From assembly GCA_963822445.1 (NCBI GenBank), contig CAWGHO010000001.1:768001-832000 (forward strand): 64,000 bases of DNA, given 5' to 3'. The translations under genes and the position numbers were made by a program. The stretch comes from an uncultured Acidobacteriota bacterium (lineage in GTDB: Bacteria > Acidobacteriota > Thermoanaerobaculia > Gp7-AA8). The notes under the pieces are model-generated. The model did not search any database and was not told the DNA's origin. It saw nothing but the letters and a program-made list of their open reading frames with translations. This document shows, one piece after another, positions 52,955 to 62,260 of the stretch (position 1 is the first letter of the stretch; each line of letters opens with the position of its first letter).

Positions 52955-53802
52955 GGGTTGGTCTGCGGCTCCTCGCCGCGCAGCTCACTCAGCGACTTGC
53001 GATCGAAGACGCGATTCTTGATCACTTCTCCATCGCCGCCGAGCGTGGGGACAGGCATGCCGTTGAGTGTGAGATTCAGACCGGCGGCGTTTCCGATCGT
53101 GCGGAAGCGGAACTGCTCTTTCGCCTCGAACTCCTTCCGCTCCCCCTGCAGCATCTCGTTGTTGAACGCGGTCTCGCCGTCCGCCTCGAGAATGACCCAG
53201 GAGTTGGCGATCACCTCGACGGTCATGCGCAGGATGGAGTCGTCTGCCACCGGTTCCGGTGCGGGCGGCGTCACGGGAGCCTGCTTCGATGTGGTCACCG
53301 GCGTCGCGACGGCAACGTCCGTCGCTTCCATGCGCCGCTTGTTCTGAATCGCCCACCATGCGACCGCGGCCAGGGCGACGGCGATGATCACCACGACGAT
53401 CGCGTTGCGGTCGACTTTCGCGTAGGCCGGCGGGATGCCGCGTTTCGGGCTCGGCTTCGGGCTGATGTCGCGCGGCAATTGCTTCGCGTACTTTTCGACC
53501 TGCGGCGGCTTCTCGATGCGGTCGTCGTTCGCCGCGGCGAAGTTGTAGCGGTTGACCATCTCCTCGACGTTCAACCCCACGTAACGCGCGTACTCGCGAA
53601 CGAAGCCGCGGGTGAAAACCGGCGCCGGCAGCGTCTTGTGGTCGTTGCTCTCCAGGGCCTCGAGGAACCGCTTGCTGATCTTCGTCGCGTCGGCGATTTC
53701 TTTCAGCGAAATCCCGCGGATCTCCCGCTCGCGGCGAAGCTCCTCGCCGAAGGAGGCGAGCTCGGACGCGCCTCCCTGTGGCTGCGGTTCCCGTTCAGGC
53801 AT
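52951..53802 (-). CDS. rodZ: RodZ-like protein (HTH plus TM plus DUF4115)
   Basis: FGEELRREREIRGISL...TKISKRFLEALE, FTRGFVREYARYVGL, TM, SWV, IGNAAGLNLTLNG. Confidence 0.8.
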   Translation of the reverse strand: MPEREPQPQGGASELASFGEELRREREIRGISLKEIADATKISKRFLEALESNDHKTLPAPVFTRGFVREYARYVGLNVEEMVNRYNFAAANDDRIEKPPQVEKYAKQLPRDISPKPSPKRGIPPAYAKVDRNAIVVVIIAVALAAVAWWAIQNKRRMEATDVAVATPVTTSKQAPVTPPAPEPVADDSILRMTVEVIANSWVILEADGETAFNNEMLQGERKEFEAKEQFRFRTIGNAAGLNLTLNGMPVPTLGGDGEVIKNRVFDRKSLSELRGEEPQTNP

Positions 53803-53816
53803 GGTGGCCGGCCATT

Positions 53817-54548
53817 TTATTCGATCCTTGCGGAAGACTCCGGGTTCATCCGCTCGATGCACCGCCGGAGGTAGACGGATGTTGCCGGATTGGCGTGAAT
53901 CCGCCGCAAATCCGTCCTCCGCAGGTGCCGGAGCTGGGAGGCCGCCGCGAACCGCGGGGTGTTCGGGTTGAGCACCAGGGCCAGACGGATCGGGTAGCGG
54001 TACGACCATTTCGCGTCTTCCGCGATCATCTGCAGCTGCTGCTCGCTGGCCCGGGTGGAGCTGGCCAGCGCGATCAGATCGTCTTCCTTCAGGCGCTTGT
54101 TCATCAGCAGGGCCTGGAAGACTTTCGGATCGGGATCGTAGAGAAAGGACTTGACCAGCGCGTGGGAGCAGCGTCTGGCCGAGGAGATCTTTTCGCCAAG
54201 ACTGAGCTTGTTGACGCGGTTCAGGAGCTGGGTCTCGACCGCGCGCCGCACCTGCGCGGGAACCTGCACGTTGACGGAGAGATCGATGAGATCGAACCAG
54301 TAGAGGTAATGAACGAGCTTGACCGAGTGTGCGAGAGGGGTCTGCCGGTGGCCGACGAGCGCGAGACGGACGGAGTAGAAACCGGTGAGGCGCTGATCCT
54401 GGGCGATCTTGCCGAGGATGGTCGAGGTGACGTAGCGGTTGGCGAGGATCGCCAGCACTTCTTCCTCGAAGAGCGAGGACTGCGATCGCGCCACCAGCTC
54501 GGCGAGCGCGTCGGCCGTGGCCGTGGTGAGTCCACGGGTGCCCTTCAT
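53817..54548 (-). CDS. hypothetical helical-repeat protein, similar to 51860..52954
   Basis: KLSLGEKISSARR, ALLMNKRL, IRLALVLNPNTP resemble MTLSQKVQLG, VMRNPRM, LTLCRNPKAP of the neighbour; start 54548 preferred (GATAAT 6 nt upstream). Confidence 0.75.
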   Translation of the reverse strand: MKGTRGLTTATADALAELVARSQSSLFEEEVLAILANRYVTSTILGKIAQDQRLTGFYSVRLALVGHRQTPLAHSVKLVHYLYWFDLIDLSVNVQVPAQVRRAVETQLLNRVNKLSLGEKISSARRCSHALVKSFLYDPDPKVFQALLMNKRLKEDDLIALASSTRASEQQLQMIAEDAKWSYRYPIRLALVLNPNTPRFAAASQLRHLRRTDLRRIHANPATSVYLRRCIERMNPESSARIE

Positions 54549-54555
54549 TGCACGA

Positions 54556-55830
54556 TTATCGTCTTGTTGCATCCGCGGAGCGGGGCGCACGCCGTTGGAG
54601 GTAATCGCTGAATTCGCGCGTGAAGTAGGTCCACGGCCGCCTCTTCAAGCGGTAGGTGAACGATTTCTCGGGGTTGACCCAGTTCCAGACCATCCGTTTG
54701 TCGGGCGTGACCTCGACGGCCTGGTAGTTCCATGAGTTCGTGATCAGCGTGTTGCCGTTCGGCAACCGCTGCACATAGCCGCCGGTGCCGCTGTAGAAGT
54801 CCTTCGGCTCGCGCGCCGCGTACTCCCAGACGATGCGGTTCGTCGCCGGATCGACTTCCACGATGCGCGAGAAGCCTCGCTGCAGACCGTTGTCGAACAC
54901 GAGCACGTTGCCGTTGGGAAGCAGGCTCGCGGCGTGCGGACCCTGCAACTCGCCGCGACCCCAGGTCCACAGCACTTTCTTCGCTTTCCACGAGAACGCG
55001 ACGACGGCGTCCTGATGACGGATGGAGATCAGCACCGTTCCGGCGGCGTGAAGCGGCCGAACGCCGTTCCTGCGACCGGCTTTGATCGTTTTCGCGAGCG
55101 CGTCGTCGACCCACTGGACGGAGTTGGCGTGGAACAGGTCGATCGCATCGCTGACCAGCGCCTCGACCCGCAGAAACACGAGTTGTTTCCGAACTGGCGC
55201 GATCAGGTCGTAAAGCGATCGGGTTTCGAGCACCTCGCCGGCCGGTGAAAGGATCGCCAGCATGTTGTCCATCACCCGGCGGTCGCGAGAGATGGCGGGC
55301 AGCGACCGGCTGCGCTGCAGGAGCGTCAGGATTCGCTCGCCGGACAGGAGTTGAATGTCGTGATGCGCGTCAAGCTTGTGACGCCATACGACGCCCGAGT
55401 CACGCGAGAGCTTGGTGATGTACGAGGGGAAACCCTTTTCACCGGGAAATTCGGCCGCTCGCGCCGCATCCCACGCGCTGAGCGTGATCAGGCTCCCATC
55501 AGGCAGCACCTCGGCATCGAGCCACGCCGATTTGTCCTTCGCCGTCCACTGATGAAGGACCTTCCCTTCCGTCGTCATGACGTAGGCGCGGTTCGTAAAA
55601 CGGGTCGCGTAGAAATTCACACCGGGCGCAACGCTGTCCTGCCGGATGCCGAGGACCCCGGTCCGGGTGTCTTCGTTCGGACCGCGCGGGGGAGCAACGT
55701 ACGGTAGCGACTGGAGCTGCCTGAGCCGCTCGCGCTCGGCTTTATCGTCAGTCTGACCGAAAGCCCCGACCGCGGCGGTGAACGAAGCAGCCGCGGCGAG
55801 ACAGATGGTCAGGGCGAGGAAGGGCCGCAT
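54556..55830 (-). CDS. arylsulfotransferase (ASST) family protein
   Basis: Signal peptide, LQSLPYV, AHHDI, DLFHANSV, ISIRHQD, GPHAA, VFDNG, QRLPNGNTLIT. Confidence 0.85.
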   Translation of the reverse strand: MRPFLALTICLAAAASFTAAVGAFGQTDDKAERERLRQLQSLPYVAPPRGPNEDTRTGVLGIRQDSVAPGVNFYATRFTNRAYVMTTEGKVLHQWTAKDKSAWLDAEVLPDGSLITLSAWDAARAAEFPGEKGFPSYITKLSRDSGVVWRHKLDAHHDIQLLSGERILTLLQRSRSLPAISRDRRVMDNMLAILSPAGEVLETRSLYDLIAPVRKQLVFLRVEALVSDAIDLFHANSVQWVDDALAKTIKAGRRNGVRPLHAAGTVLISIRHQDAVVAFSWKAKKVLWTWGRGELQGPHAASLLPNGNVLVFDNGLQRGFSRIVEVDPATNRIVWEYAAREPKDFYSGTGGYVQRLPNGNTLITNSWNYQAVEVTPDKRMVWNWVNPEKSFTYRLKRRPWTYFTREFSDYLQRRAPRSADATRR

Positions 55831-55985
55831 CGATGGGCAAACTGAACAGTCACAGGGAGATGGCTATTGCACGCGGGGAGCTCAGAAGAACGGGAAGTTA
55901 CAGTTATTGTCCTTTTTCTGGAAGCGCACCTTATAATCGGTTGTTCTTTCCGCGTCCTGCAAAACTCCATGTTCCAGAGGCCCCG

Positions 55986-57941
55986 TTGAGCGACCAGAAC
56001 AGTACAACCCCGGTGACGTCCCTGATCCAACGGGTAGCCCCAGCTCGCGTGGTCATCCTGTTCCTGTTTCACGCGCTGGTTTTCACGCTCTGCTACACCT
56101 TCGCCTGGCTGCTCCGCTTCGAATTCTCGATCCCCGCCGAGTGGATGCCGATCTTCAAGTGGAGCCTGCCGGCCGTCGTGGGAACCCAGCTTCTAGTCGG
56201 CGCATTCTTCTCGTTCTACCGCGGCTGGTGGCGTTACGTCGGAATCGCGGACGTGGTCCGTCTCGTGGCCGGTCTCACCGTCGCGGTCAGCATCCTGCTG
56301 GCGGCCTGGTATGTCGGCGGTGCACTGGGCATCGCGCCGAATCTCGTCCGCAGCCCCCGCGGCGTGATCGTGATCGACTGGGCGTTCTGTCTTCTGGCCC
56401 TCTTCGGCGCCCGGGTCATCATCCGCGTCGGCCGCGATCGTCTGCGCGACACGCCCCCCGGCCCGGTGAACCTTCAGCGCGTCCTCATCGTCGGCGCCGG
56501 TGATGCCGGCGAGACCCTGGCCCGCGAGCTCGAGCATCGCCCGCAACTGGGGATGAAAGTCGTCGCGTTCGTGGACGACCAGCGCGCGAAGTGGGGCTCG
56601 CACATCCGCGGCATCGAGGTCTACGGTCCGATCGCGAATGTTGCCTCGCTTTGCGACGATTTGCAGGTCGATGAGGCCCTCATCGCCATCCCCAGCGCTT
56701 CCGGTAAGCGGATGCGCGAGATCATCCATCACCTTTCCGAGGCCGATCTCCGGTTCAAGACCATCCCGGGAATCGATCACCTGGTCAGCGGCAAGGTCCA
56801 CGTCAGCCAGCTGCGCCCGGTGAACGTGGAAGATCTGCTGCGCCGTCAGCGGATCGACCTGCCGGGCGATCCGGTTCGCACGCTGTTCAAGGGACGGCGG
56901 GTGATGATCACCGGCGCCGGCGGCACGATCGGCTCGGAGCTGGCCAGCCAGATCCTGCAGTTCGAGCCGGAATCACTGACGCTGGTGGAGCGCTCCGAGT
57001 ACCTGCTTTATGAGGCCGAAAAACGGCTGCGGGGCGAGGCGGCCTGGCTCGCGTCGCGCGTCAGCCCGAAGCTCGTCGACGTCCAGGACACGGCCATCAT
57101 GGATGCCCTCGTGGCCAGGGAGCGGCCGGAGATCGTCCTTCACGCGGCGGCTCACAAGCACGTGCCCCTCGGCGAGCAAAACCCGTCGGAGTACGTTCGC
57201 AACAACGCCCTGGCGACACGCGAGCTGGCCGAAATCTGCCGCACCCGCGGAGTGGATCGCTTCGTCTTCATCTCCACCGACAAGGCGATCAATCCGACCA
57301 GCGTGATGGGAGCGAGCAAGCGCGCCGGCGAGATCGTCCTGATCGACAGCCTTCGCGACTCGCAGATGAAGCTGACCATCGTCCGCTTCGGCAACGTGAT
57401 CGGCTCGTCGGGCAGCGTGATTCCGCTGTTCATGGAGCAGATAGCGGCCGGGGGACCGGTCACGGTCACCCATCCCGACGTCACGCGCTACTTCCTGCGC
57501 ACTTCCGAAGCTGTATCGCTGGTCCTGCAGGCCGCGGCAGTCGGTGAAGGCGGAAACGTCTTCATGCTGGACATGGGCGAGCCGGTGAAGATCGCCGAGC
57601 TCGCGCGCGACCTGATCCGCCTGTCCAATCACACCGAGGATGAGATTCCGGTGGTGTTCACCGGCCTGCGGCCCGGGGAGAAGCTCTTCGAAGAGATCCG
57701 GCTGGAGGGGGAGAGCATCAAGGCGACCGTTCACCCGCAGATCGTGGTGACCGAGCCGCCGCAGCCGCCGAAACAGGTCGTCGCGCAATGGCTGGCCGGT
57801 TCCGGAGGGCGTATCGAGGCGTCTCCTGAGGATGTGATGGCGTGGCTGGCCGCGCTGGTTCCGGAGTACGCGCGTCCCGATGCCGCCCCGCAGCCTGCGA
57901 GCCGGCCCGCGATGCCGATGAAGCTCGCCGCGAGCGTATGA
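55986..57941 (+). CDS. membrane-bound UDP-sugar 4,6-dehydratase (CapD/PglF/WbpM family)
   Basis: Four TM helices, VGAGDAG, EDLLRR, TGAGGTIGSEL, HAAAHKHVP, ISTDKAINPTSVMGASKR, RFGNVIGSSGSV, GLRPGEKLFEE. Start uncertain; TTG 55986 chosen as it follows TATAAT at 55932. Confidence 0.92.
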   Translation: MSDQNSTTPVTSLIQRVAPARVVILFLFHALVFTLCYTFAWLLRFEFSIPAEWMPIFKWSLPAVVGTQLLVGAFFSFYRGWWRYVGIADVVRLVAGLTVAVSILLAAWYVGGALGIAPNLVRSPRGVIVIDWAFCLLALFGARVIIRVGRDRLRDTPPGPVNLQRVLIVGAGDAGETLARELEHRPQLGMKVVAFVDDQRAKWGSHIRGIEVYGPIANVASLCDDLQVDEALIAIPSASGKRMREIIHHLSEADLRFKTIPGIDHLVSGKVHVSQLRPVNVEDLLRRQRIDLPGDPVRTLFKGRRVMITGAGGTIGSELASQILQFEPESLTLVERSEYLLYEAEKRLRGEAAWLASRVSPKLVDVQDTAIMDALVARERPEIVLHAAAHKHVPLGEQNPSEYVRNNALATRELAEICRTRGVDRFVFISTDKAINPTSVMGASKRAGEIVLIDSLRDSQMKLTIVRFGNVIGSSGSVIPLFMEQIAAGGPVTVTHPDVTRYFLRTSEAVSLVLQAAAVGEGGNVFMLDMGEPVKIAELARDLIRLSNHTEDEIPVVFTGLRPGEKLFEEIRLEGESIKATVHPQIVVTEPPQPPKQVVAQWLAGSGGRIEASPEDVMAWLAALVPEYARPDAAPQPASRPAMPMKLAASV

Positions 57942-59257
57942 GCGAGGCTGCAGGCGTGATCATTCCGCCGGCAATCGATCACCTCGAACGGCCCGTTCCC
58001 GCCGTTGCTCGATGCATCGATGCGATTGCGATCGGCACGATGGTCCTCATCCCGCTGCTGGTTGTCCCCTCTTTTTACGATCCGTTCCGGCAGCCGAAGC
58101 TGCTCCTGTTCCACGCCGCCGGTATTTCTCTGGTGGGTGTGATGGCGGTTGCCGCGATTCTCGGTTCTCTTCCGCTTAGGGAACTGGTCCGCCGCAGGAT
58201 GCCCGACATGCTGGTGATGGCGATCCTCGCCTGGACGCTGATTACGGCGGCGTTCGCGAGTCACCGCCGTACCGCGCTGTTCGCGCTCCTCACGGCTGCC
58301 AGCGCGGCCGCCCTCTTCTTCGGCGTCCGGTGGAGCGCGCAACGGCTCCGGATGACGGTTCTCTTCGCGCTTGTCGTGCCGGCGCTCGTCAACGCAGGAC
58401 TTGCTGTCGTTCAGGAGCTGAAGATCTGGAACGAGATCGCGCCGCCCGCCGTCCGCGACCTCCATGTCGGCACCACGGCGTTGCTCGGCAACCCGAATGA
58501 CATCGGCAACTTTCTCGCTCCCGCCCTGATCGTGGTTCTGGCGTGGGCCCTGGCCACAAAGAGCATGTTGTCGCGTGTGTTGTTGTTCGCGGCCGGTGTT
58601 GCGATCGCCGCAGGAATCGCAGCGAGCCGTACGCGCGGCGCAATCCTCGGCGTCGCCGTGGGCATCGTCGTCCTGATCGTGGTTCGCTGGCGCCGAAAAG
58701 CAGTATGGCGATTGCTCGCCGCGGTCGTCGTGGCCGCGCTGGTTCTGGCCACATCGCCTACGCTCGTGCAGCGCGTAATCGACGCGCCGATTCAGGAACT
58801 GCTCAGCGGCCGCGTCATTGCGTTCGCCGCGGCCTGGCGGATGTTCACCGAGTCACCTGTGTTCGGCATAGGACCGGGTTGTTTCGAGTATGCCTATTTC
58901 GATTACGCAGCGGCGGTCTACCCGTCGATGCTCGACTATGCCATCGCCGGGCGGCAATACATGTTTGGTGAAGCCCACAATGACCATTTGCAGATCGCGG
59001 CAGAAACAGGATTGATCGGATACCTGCTCTTCGCGGCGTCGCTGATCTGCGTCGGCGCGGTGTCGCGACGCCGTCCGGCGGAAGCCGCCACTGAGCCGGC
59101 GCGTTTCGCACGGCTCTGCGGCGCGCCGCTGGCCGCCTCCCTGGCCGCTCTTGCGCTGTTTCAATTCCCGCTCTACCTCACGGCGTCGTTGACGGCGTAC
59201 GTGTTCGCTGCTGCTCTCGTGGTTGGCTGGCCGGACGATGAAGCTGTCGCTGGCTAG
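57938..59257 (+). CDS. O-antigen ligase / Wzy_C family membrane protein
   Basis: Multi-TM; LLGNPN, SRTRGA, R...AWRMF, FGIGPGCF, AHNDHLQIAAETGLIG. Confidence 0.85.
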   Translation: MSEAAGVIIPPAIDHLERPVPAVARCIDAIAIGTMVLIPLLVVPSFYDPFRQPKLLLFHAAGISLVGVMAVAAILGSLPLRELVRRRMPDMLVMAILAWTLITAAFASHRRTALFALLTAASAAALFFGVRWSAQRLRMTVLFALVVPALVNAGLAVVQELKIWNEIAPPAVRDLHVGTTALLGNPNDIGNFLAPALIVVLAWALATKSMLSRVLLFAAGVAIAAGIAASRTRGAILGVAVGIVVLIVVRWRRKAVWRLLAAVVVAALVLATSPTLVQRVIDAPIQELLSGRVIAFAAAWRMFTESPVFGIGPGCFEYAYFDYAAAVYPSMLDYAIAGRQYMFGEAHNDHLQIAAETGLIGYLLFAASLICVGAVSRRRPAEAATEPARFARLCGAPLAASLAALALFQFPLYLTASLTAYVFAAALVVGWPDDEAVAG

Positions 59258-59933
59258 GGTGACCGCCGCAACGGCGGCCGCGGTGTTGACCTGTTTCGTT
59301 TTGTACGCGGCGGTCTACAAACGCGCCGTCGCGAGCATCGGATTGCGCCGCGCCGCTTCCACGGTCCGCCAGGACATGCCGGACTTCGTGCGCACCGTCG
59401 CCACGCGGGAGGCTCTCGCGATTCTCGCCGCGAACGCGACTGGCTCGCGCGAGGACCAGTACACCGCGATGATGAAGGGATCCAACCAACTCTTCCTCGG
59501 CCGATCGGAAGAAGCGGAGGCCTCGTTCAAGGAGGCCCTGCGCTGGGGCCGGCGGCCCGAAATCTATGTCGCCCTTGCCTCGGCACAGGCCTCAAACGGC
59601 CGTCGTGACGAAGCCATCGAAAGCCTTGCTGCCGCGGCCAGGTTCGATGCGTATTCTCTGGTCGGCAGCGGCCACGCCGACCTCACCGCGGAAGTCCTTC
59701 GCCGGTTCACGGGACGCTCGAGCCGTGCGCACATCGCGGAGATGTACCTGAGCATGGCCATCGCCTACTTCGAGGATGGATTCTTCAAAGAAGGCGTGGC
59801 GATGGCCGGTCAGGCGGCGTTGTATGACGAGCGGATCCTGCGACGGCGAGAGCTCGTAGCCTGGGGCATGGCCGATCACACCGCCGACCGCTACCTCGAG
59901 CTCAAAGAAAACAAATCCGAACCGTCTCCATGA
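59238..59933 (+). CDS. TPR-like protein with N-terminal anchor
   Basis: LGRSEEAEASFKEAL, LASAQASNGRRDEAIESL; overlaps the ligase stop. Confidence 0.7.
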   Translation: MKLSLARVTAATAAAVLTCFVLYAAVYKRAVASIGLRRAASTVRQDMPDFVRTVATREALAILAANATGSREDQYTAMMKGSNQLFLGRSEEAEASFKEALRWGRRPEIYVALASAQASNGRRDEAIESLAAAARFDAYSLVGSGHADLTAEVLRRFTGRSSRAHIAEMYLSMAIAYFEDGFFKEGVAMAGQAALYDERILRRRELVAWGMADHTADRYLELKENKSEPSP

Positions 59934-59934
59934 C

Positions 59935-62193
59935 TCAAGGCACGATCGTCCAGCTCAGGTCGGCGAAGTTGACCTGCGAGCTGTTGACGATGGTGTTGCT
60001 GCTCATCAGGTACATCCAGTTCTGACCGGTAGTCGTGTTCCGCCACAGGATGTCGTTCAGGCCGTCGCCGTTGAAATCGGCCGTGTTCTCGACCTGCCAG
60101 GAAAGCTCGGCGTAGTTCACGTGTGCCTGCGATACGACCAGGTGCCCGTTCATGAAGTACATCCAGTTCTGACCGGTCGTGTTGTGACGCCAGAGGATGT
60201 CGGCTCGGCGGTCGCCGTTGAAATCAGCGACACCGACGATCCGCCAGCCGACGTCGCTCACCGCCTGCACGGGGATGTTCGACGTGATGACGTGGCCGTT
60301 CATGAGGTAGAGCTGGTTCTGTCCGGTCGCGTTGTTGCGCCAGAGCAGATCGGCCCTGCCGTCCGCGTTGAAGTCACGAACCCCGGCGATGTACCAGTTC
60401 TGATCCGCGACGGTGTTGATGTCGCCTCCGCCCACCACGGCGATCCCGCTCATCAGGTAGACGTAATTGCGACCGGTCGCCGTGTTGCGCCAGACGATGT
60501 CATCACGGTTGTCGCCGTTGAGATCTCCCACACCGGCGACTCGCCAGTCCAGCGGCGGAGCGTGTGTGTAGCCGCCGCCGATGATCACATTTGCGCTCAT
60601 CAGGAATATGTAGTTTTGACCGGTCGTCGTGTTGCGCCAGTACATGTCGGCACGGCCATCGCCATTGAAGTCGCCGACTCCCACTACTGCCCAGTCCATG
60701 CTGTTCTGGTTGATGCCCGCCTGCATGAGAATCGCCGGGCCATTCATCAGATAGAGCCAGTTCTGGCCCGTCGGTGTCTGGCGCCACGGGATGTCCGCCT
60801 TGCCGTCCGCGTTGAAGTCATAACGGCCCGAGGGCGCGCCGACGATGAAGCCGCTGGGCGGCGGCGGTGGCGGCGGCGTGGTGCAGGTTTCGCCGGTATA
60901 CACGGCTTCGATGGCATTCCTGTCCCACTGCTGCAGCTGGGCGTTGAGACCGCGAATGATGGAGCTGTTCATGACGGCCGATCCGGAACAGTCGTAGGTG
61001 CCTGACGGACAGGGACCGTTGTTCTTGTCCTGGTTCGAATGACGGATGCCGAGGGTGTGTCCGAACTCGTGCGTGATCGCCGTGTTGAACTGTTCGCTGT
61101 TCGTGAATGACGGGCACGATGCCAGCCCGATGTTCCCGATCACATCGCCTTCCTGGGTCGAGATAAACGTCTCGCCGCGGTGGGTGTGCGTCCCGAATGC
61201 ATTTGACACCCCGCCCATGGCGATCGTGCCGCCGGCCCCGCAGCCATATGGCGGTGCGCCCCACGCGGAAAGACTGACTTCGAACCGCACGGCATTTACA
61301 CCATCCTCGGCCGATAGTCCGCCGGTCGCGTTCGGATTGGTGCCGGAGTACAGATAGTTGATGTTCGACGCGCAGTCGCTGCTCCATGCGTTGAGCGCGG
61401 TGCGTACCGCCGCCAGCCCACCCTCGGGCGCGCCGGACAGCGTGTTCTGGTTGTACCAGGGGACGACCTGGGGAAAGACGTTCCAGCGGCAGCCATTGCC
61501 GCCGCAGGCCATCATGTACGTGGACGGCGGGAAGTTGATCGCGTCCGCGCCCACCGAGGCCGCAGGTGATGTGTCCGACGAGTCTGCGTCGGTCCCCGGC
61601 GCAGCCAGGCGCGATCCGTACGGAACCAGCGGATGCCGCTCGACGAGGTAGGGCACCTTGTCGCGCAACCCGCGCGCTCGACCCTCGATGTACTTGACGA
61701 ACAGTGAGGCCGAGCGTCGCGGTTCAGCGTGCATGCCGCCGGACGGATCGAATCCGTTGATCTCCGACTCCTCGCGAACCAGCAGCTCCTGTCCCGCGGT
61801 GTCGTACGCGAACACGAATTTCCCGACGACGAAATCGAGCGTCGACCAGCGGTTCTCACCGGTCTTCATGAGGAAGAGGAGGACGCGGGAGCCACGATCC
61901 AGCCGGGGCGAACCCGGTACCCACACCGACGTATCGGAAACGGTCCCGCCCGGCTCGGCCACATTCGCGACCGGCTCGATGTCGCCTTTCAATGTCCGAT
62001 CGACCGCTACACGCGTCACCGTTTCGGTACCGAAAAGGCCGCCGCGGCGCGACGAAGAATCGAGAACGTGACCGATGACGATGGCATCGGCGGTTGCGAT
62101 GAGATTGTCATCGGTCCGAACGACGAACGACGCTGCTTCCAGCCTGGCGGCGGCAGCAATCACGAGCGCCAGTATCGTGAGTTTCCGTAGCAA
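59935..62193 (-). CDS. secreted matrixin-like zinc metalloprotease with six FG-GAP/VCBS repeats
   Basis: Signal peptide, HEFGHTLGIRH zinc motif, AVM Met-turn, Pro linker, six D(F/L)NxDxxxDxxWR repeats. Confidence 0.88.
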   Translation of the reverse strand: MLRKLTILALVIAAAARLEAASFVVRTDDNLIATADAIVIGHVLDSSSRRGGLFGTETVTRVAVDRTLKGDIEPVANVAEPGGTVSDTSVWVPGSPRLDRGSRVLLFLMKTGENRWSTLDFVVGKFVFAYDTAGQELLVREESEINGFDPSGGMHAEPRRSASLFVKYIEGRARGLRDKVPYLVERHPLVPYGSRLAAPGTDADSSDTSPAASVGADAINFPPSTYMMACGGNGCRWNVFPQVVPWYNQNTLSGAPEGGLAAVRTALNAWSSDCASNINYLYSGTNPNATGGLSAEDGVNAVRFEVSLSAWGAPPYGCGAGGTIAMGGVSNAFGTHTHRGETFISTQEGDVIGNIGLASCPSFTNSEQFNTAITHEFGHTLGIRHSNQDKNNGPCPSGTYDCSGSAVMNSSIIRGLNAQLQQWDRNAIEAVYTGETCTTPPPPPPPSGFIVGAPSGRYDFNADGKADIPWRQTPTGQNWLYLMNGPAILMQAGINQNSMDWAVVGVGDFNGDGRADMYWRNTTTGQNYIFLMSANVIIGGGYTHAPPLDWRVAGVGDLNGDNRDDIVWRNTATGRNYVYLMSGIAVVGGGDINTVADQNWYIAGVRDFNADGRADLLWRNNATGQNQLYLMNGHVITSNIPVQAVSDVGWRIVGVADFNGDRRADILWRHNTTGQNWMYFMNGHLVVSQAHVNYAELSWQVENTADFNGDGLNDILWRNTTTGQNWMYLMSSNTIVNSSQVNFADLSWTIVP

Positions 62194-62260
62194 GGAGGCC
62201 TCCTTCCGGCAGGGCCGGACGGATGGCTCTCACTGCAAATAAGTAACCAAAACGGCAGGC

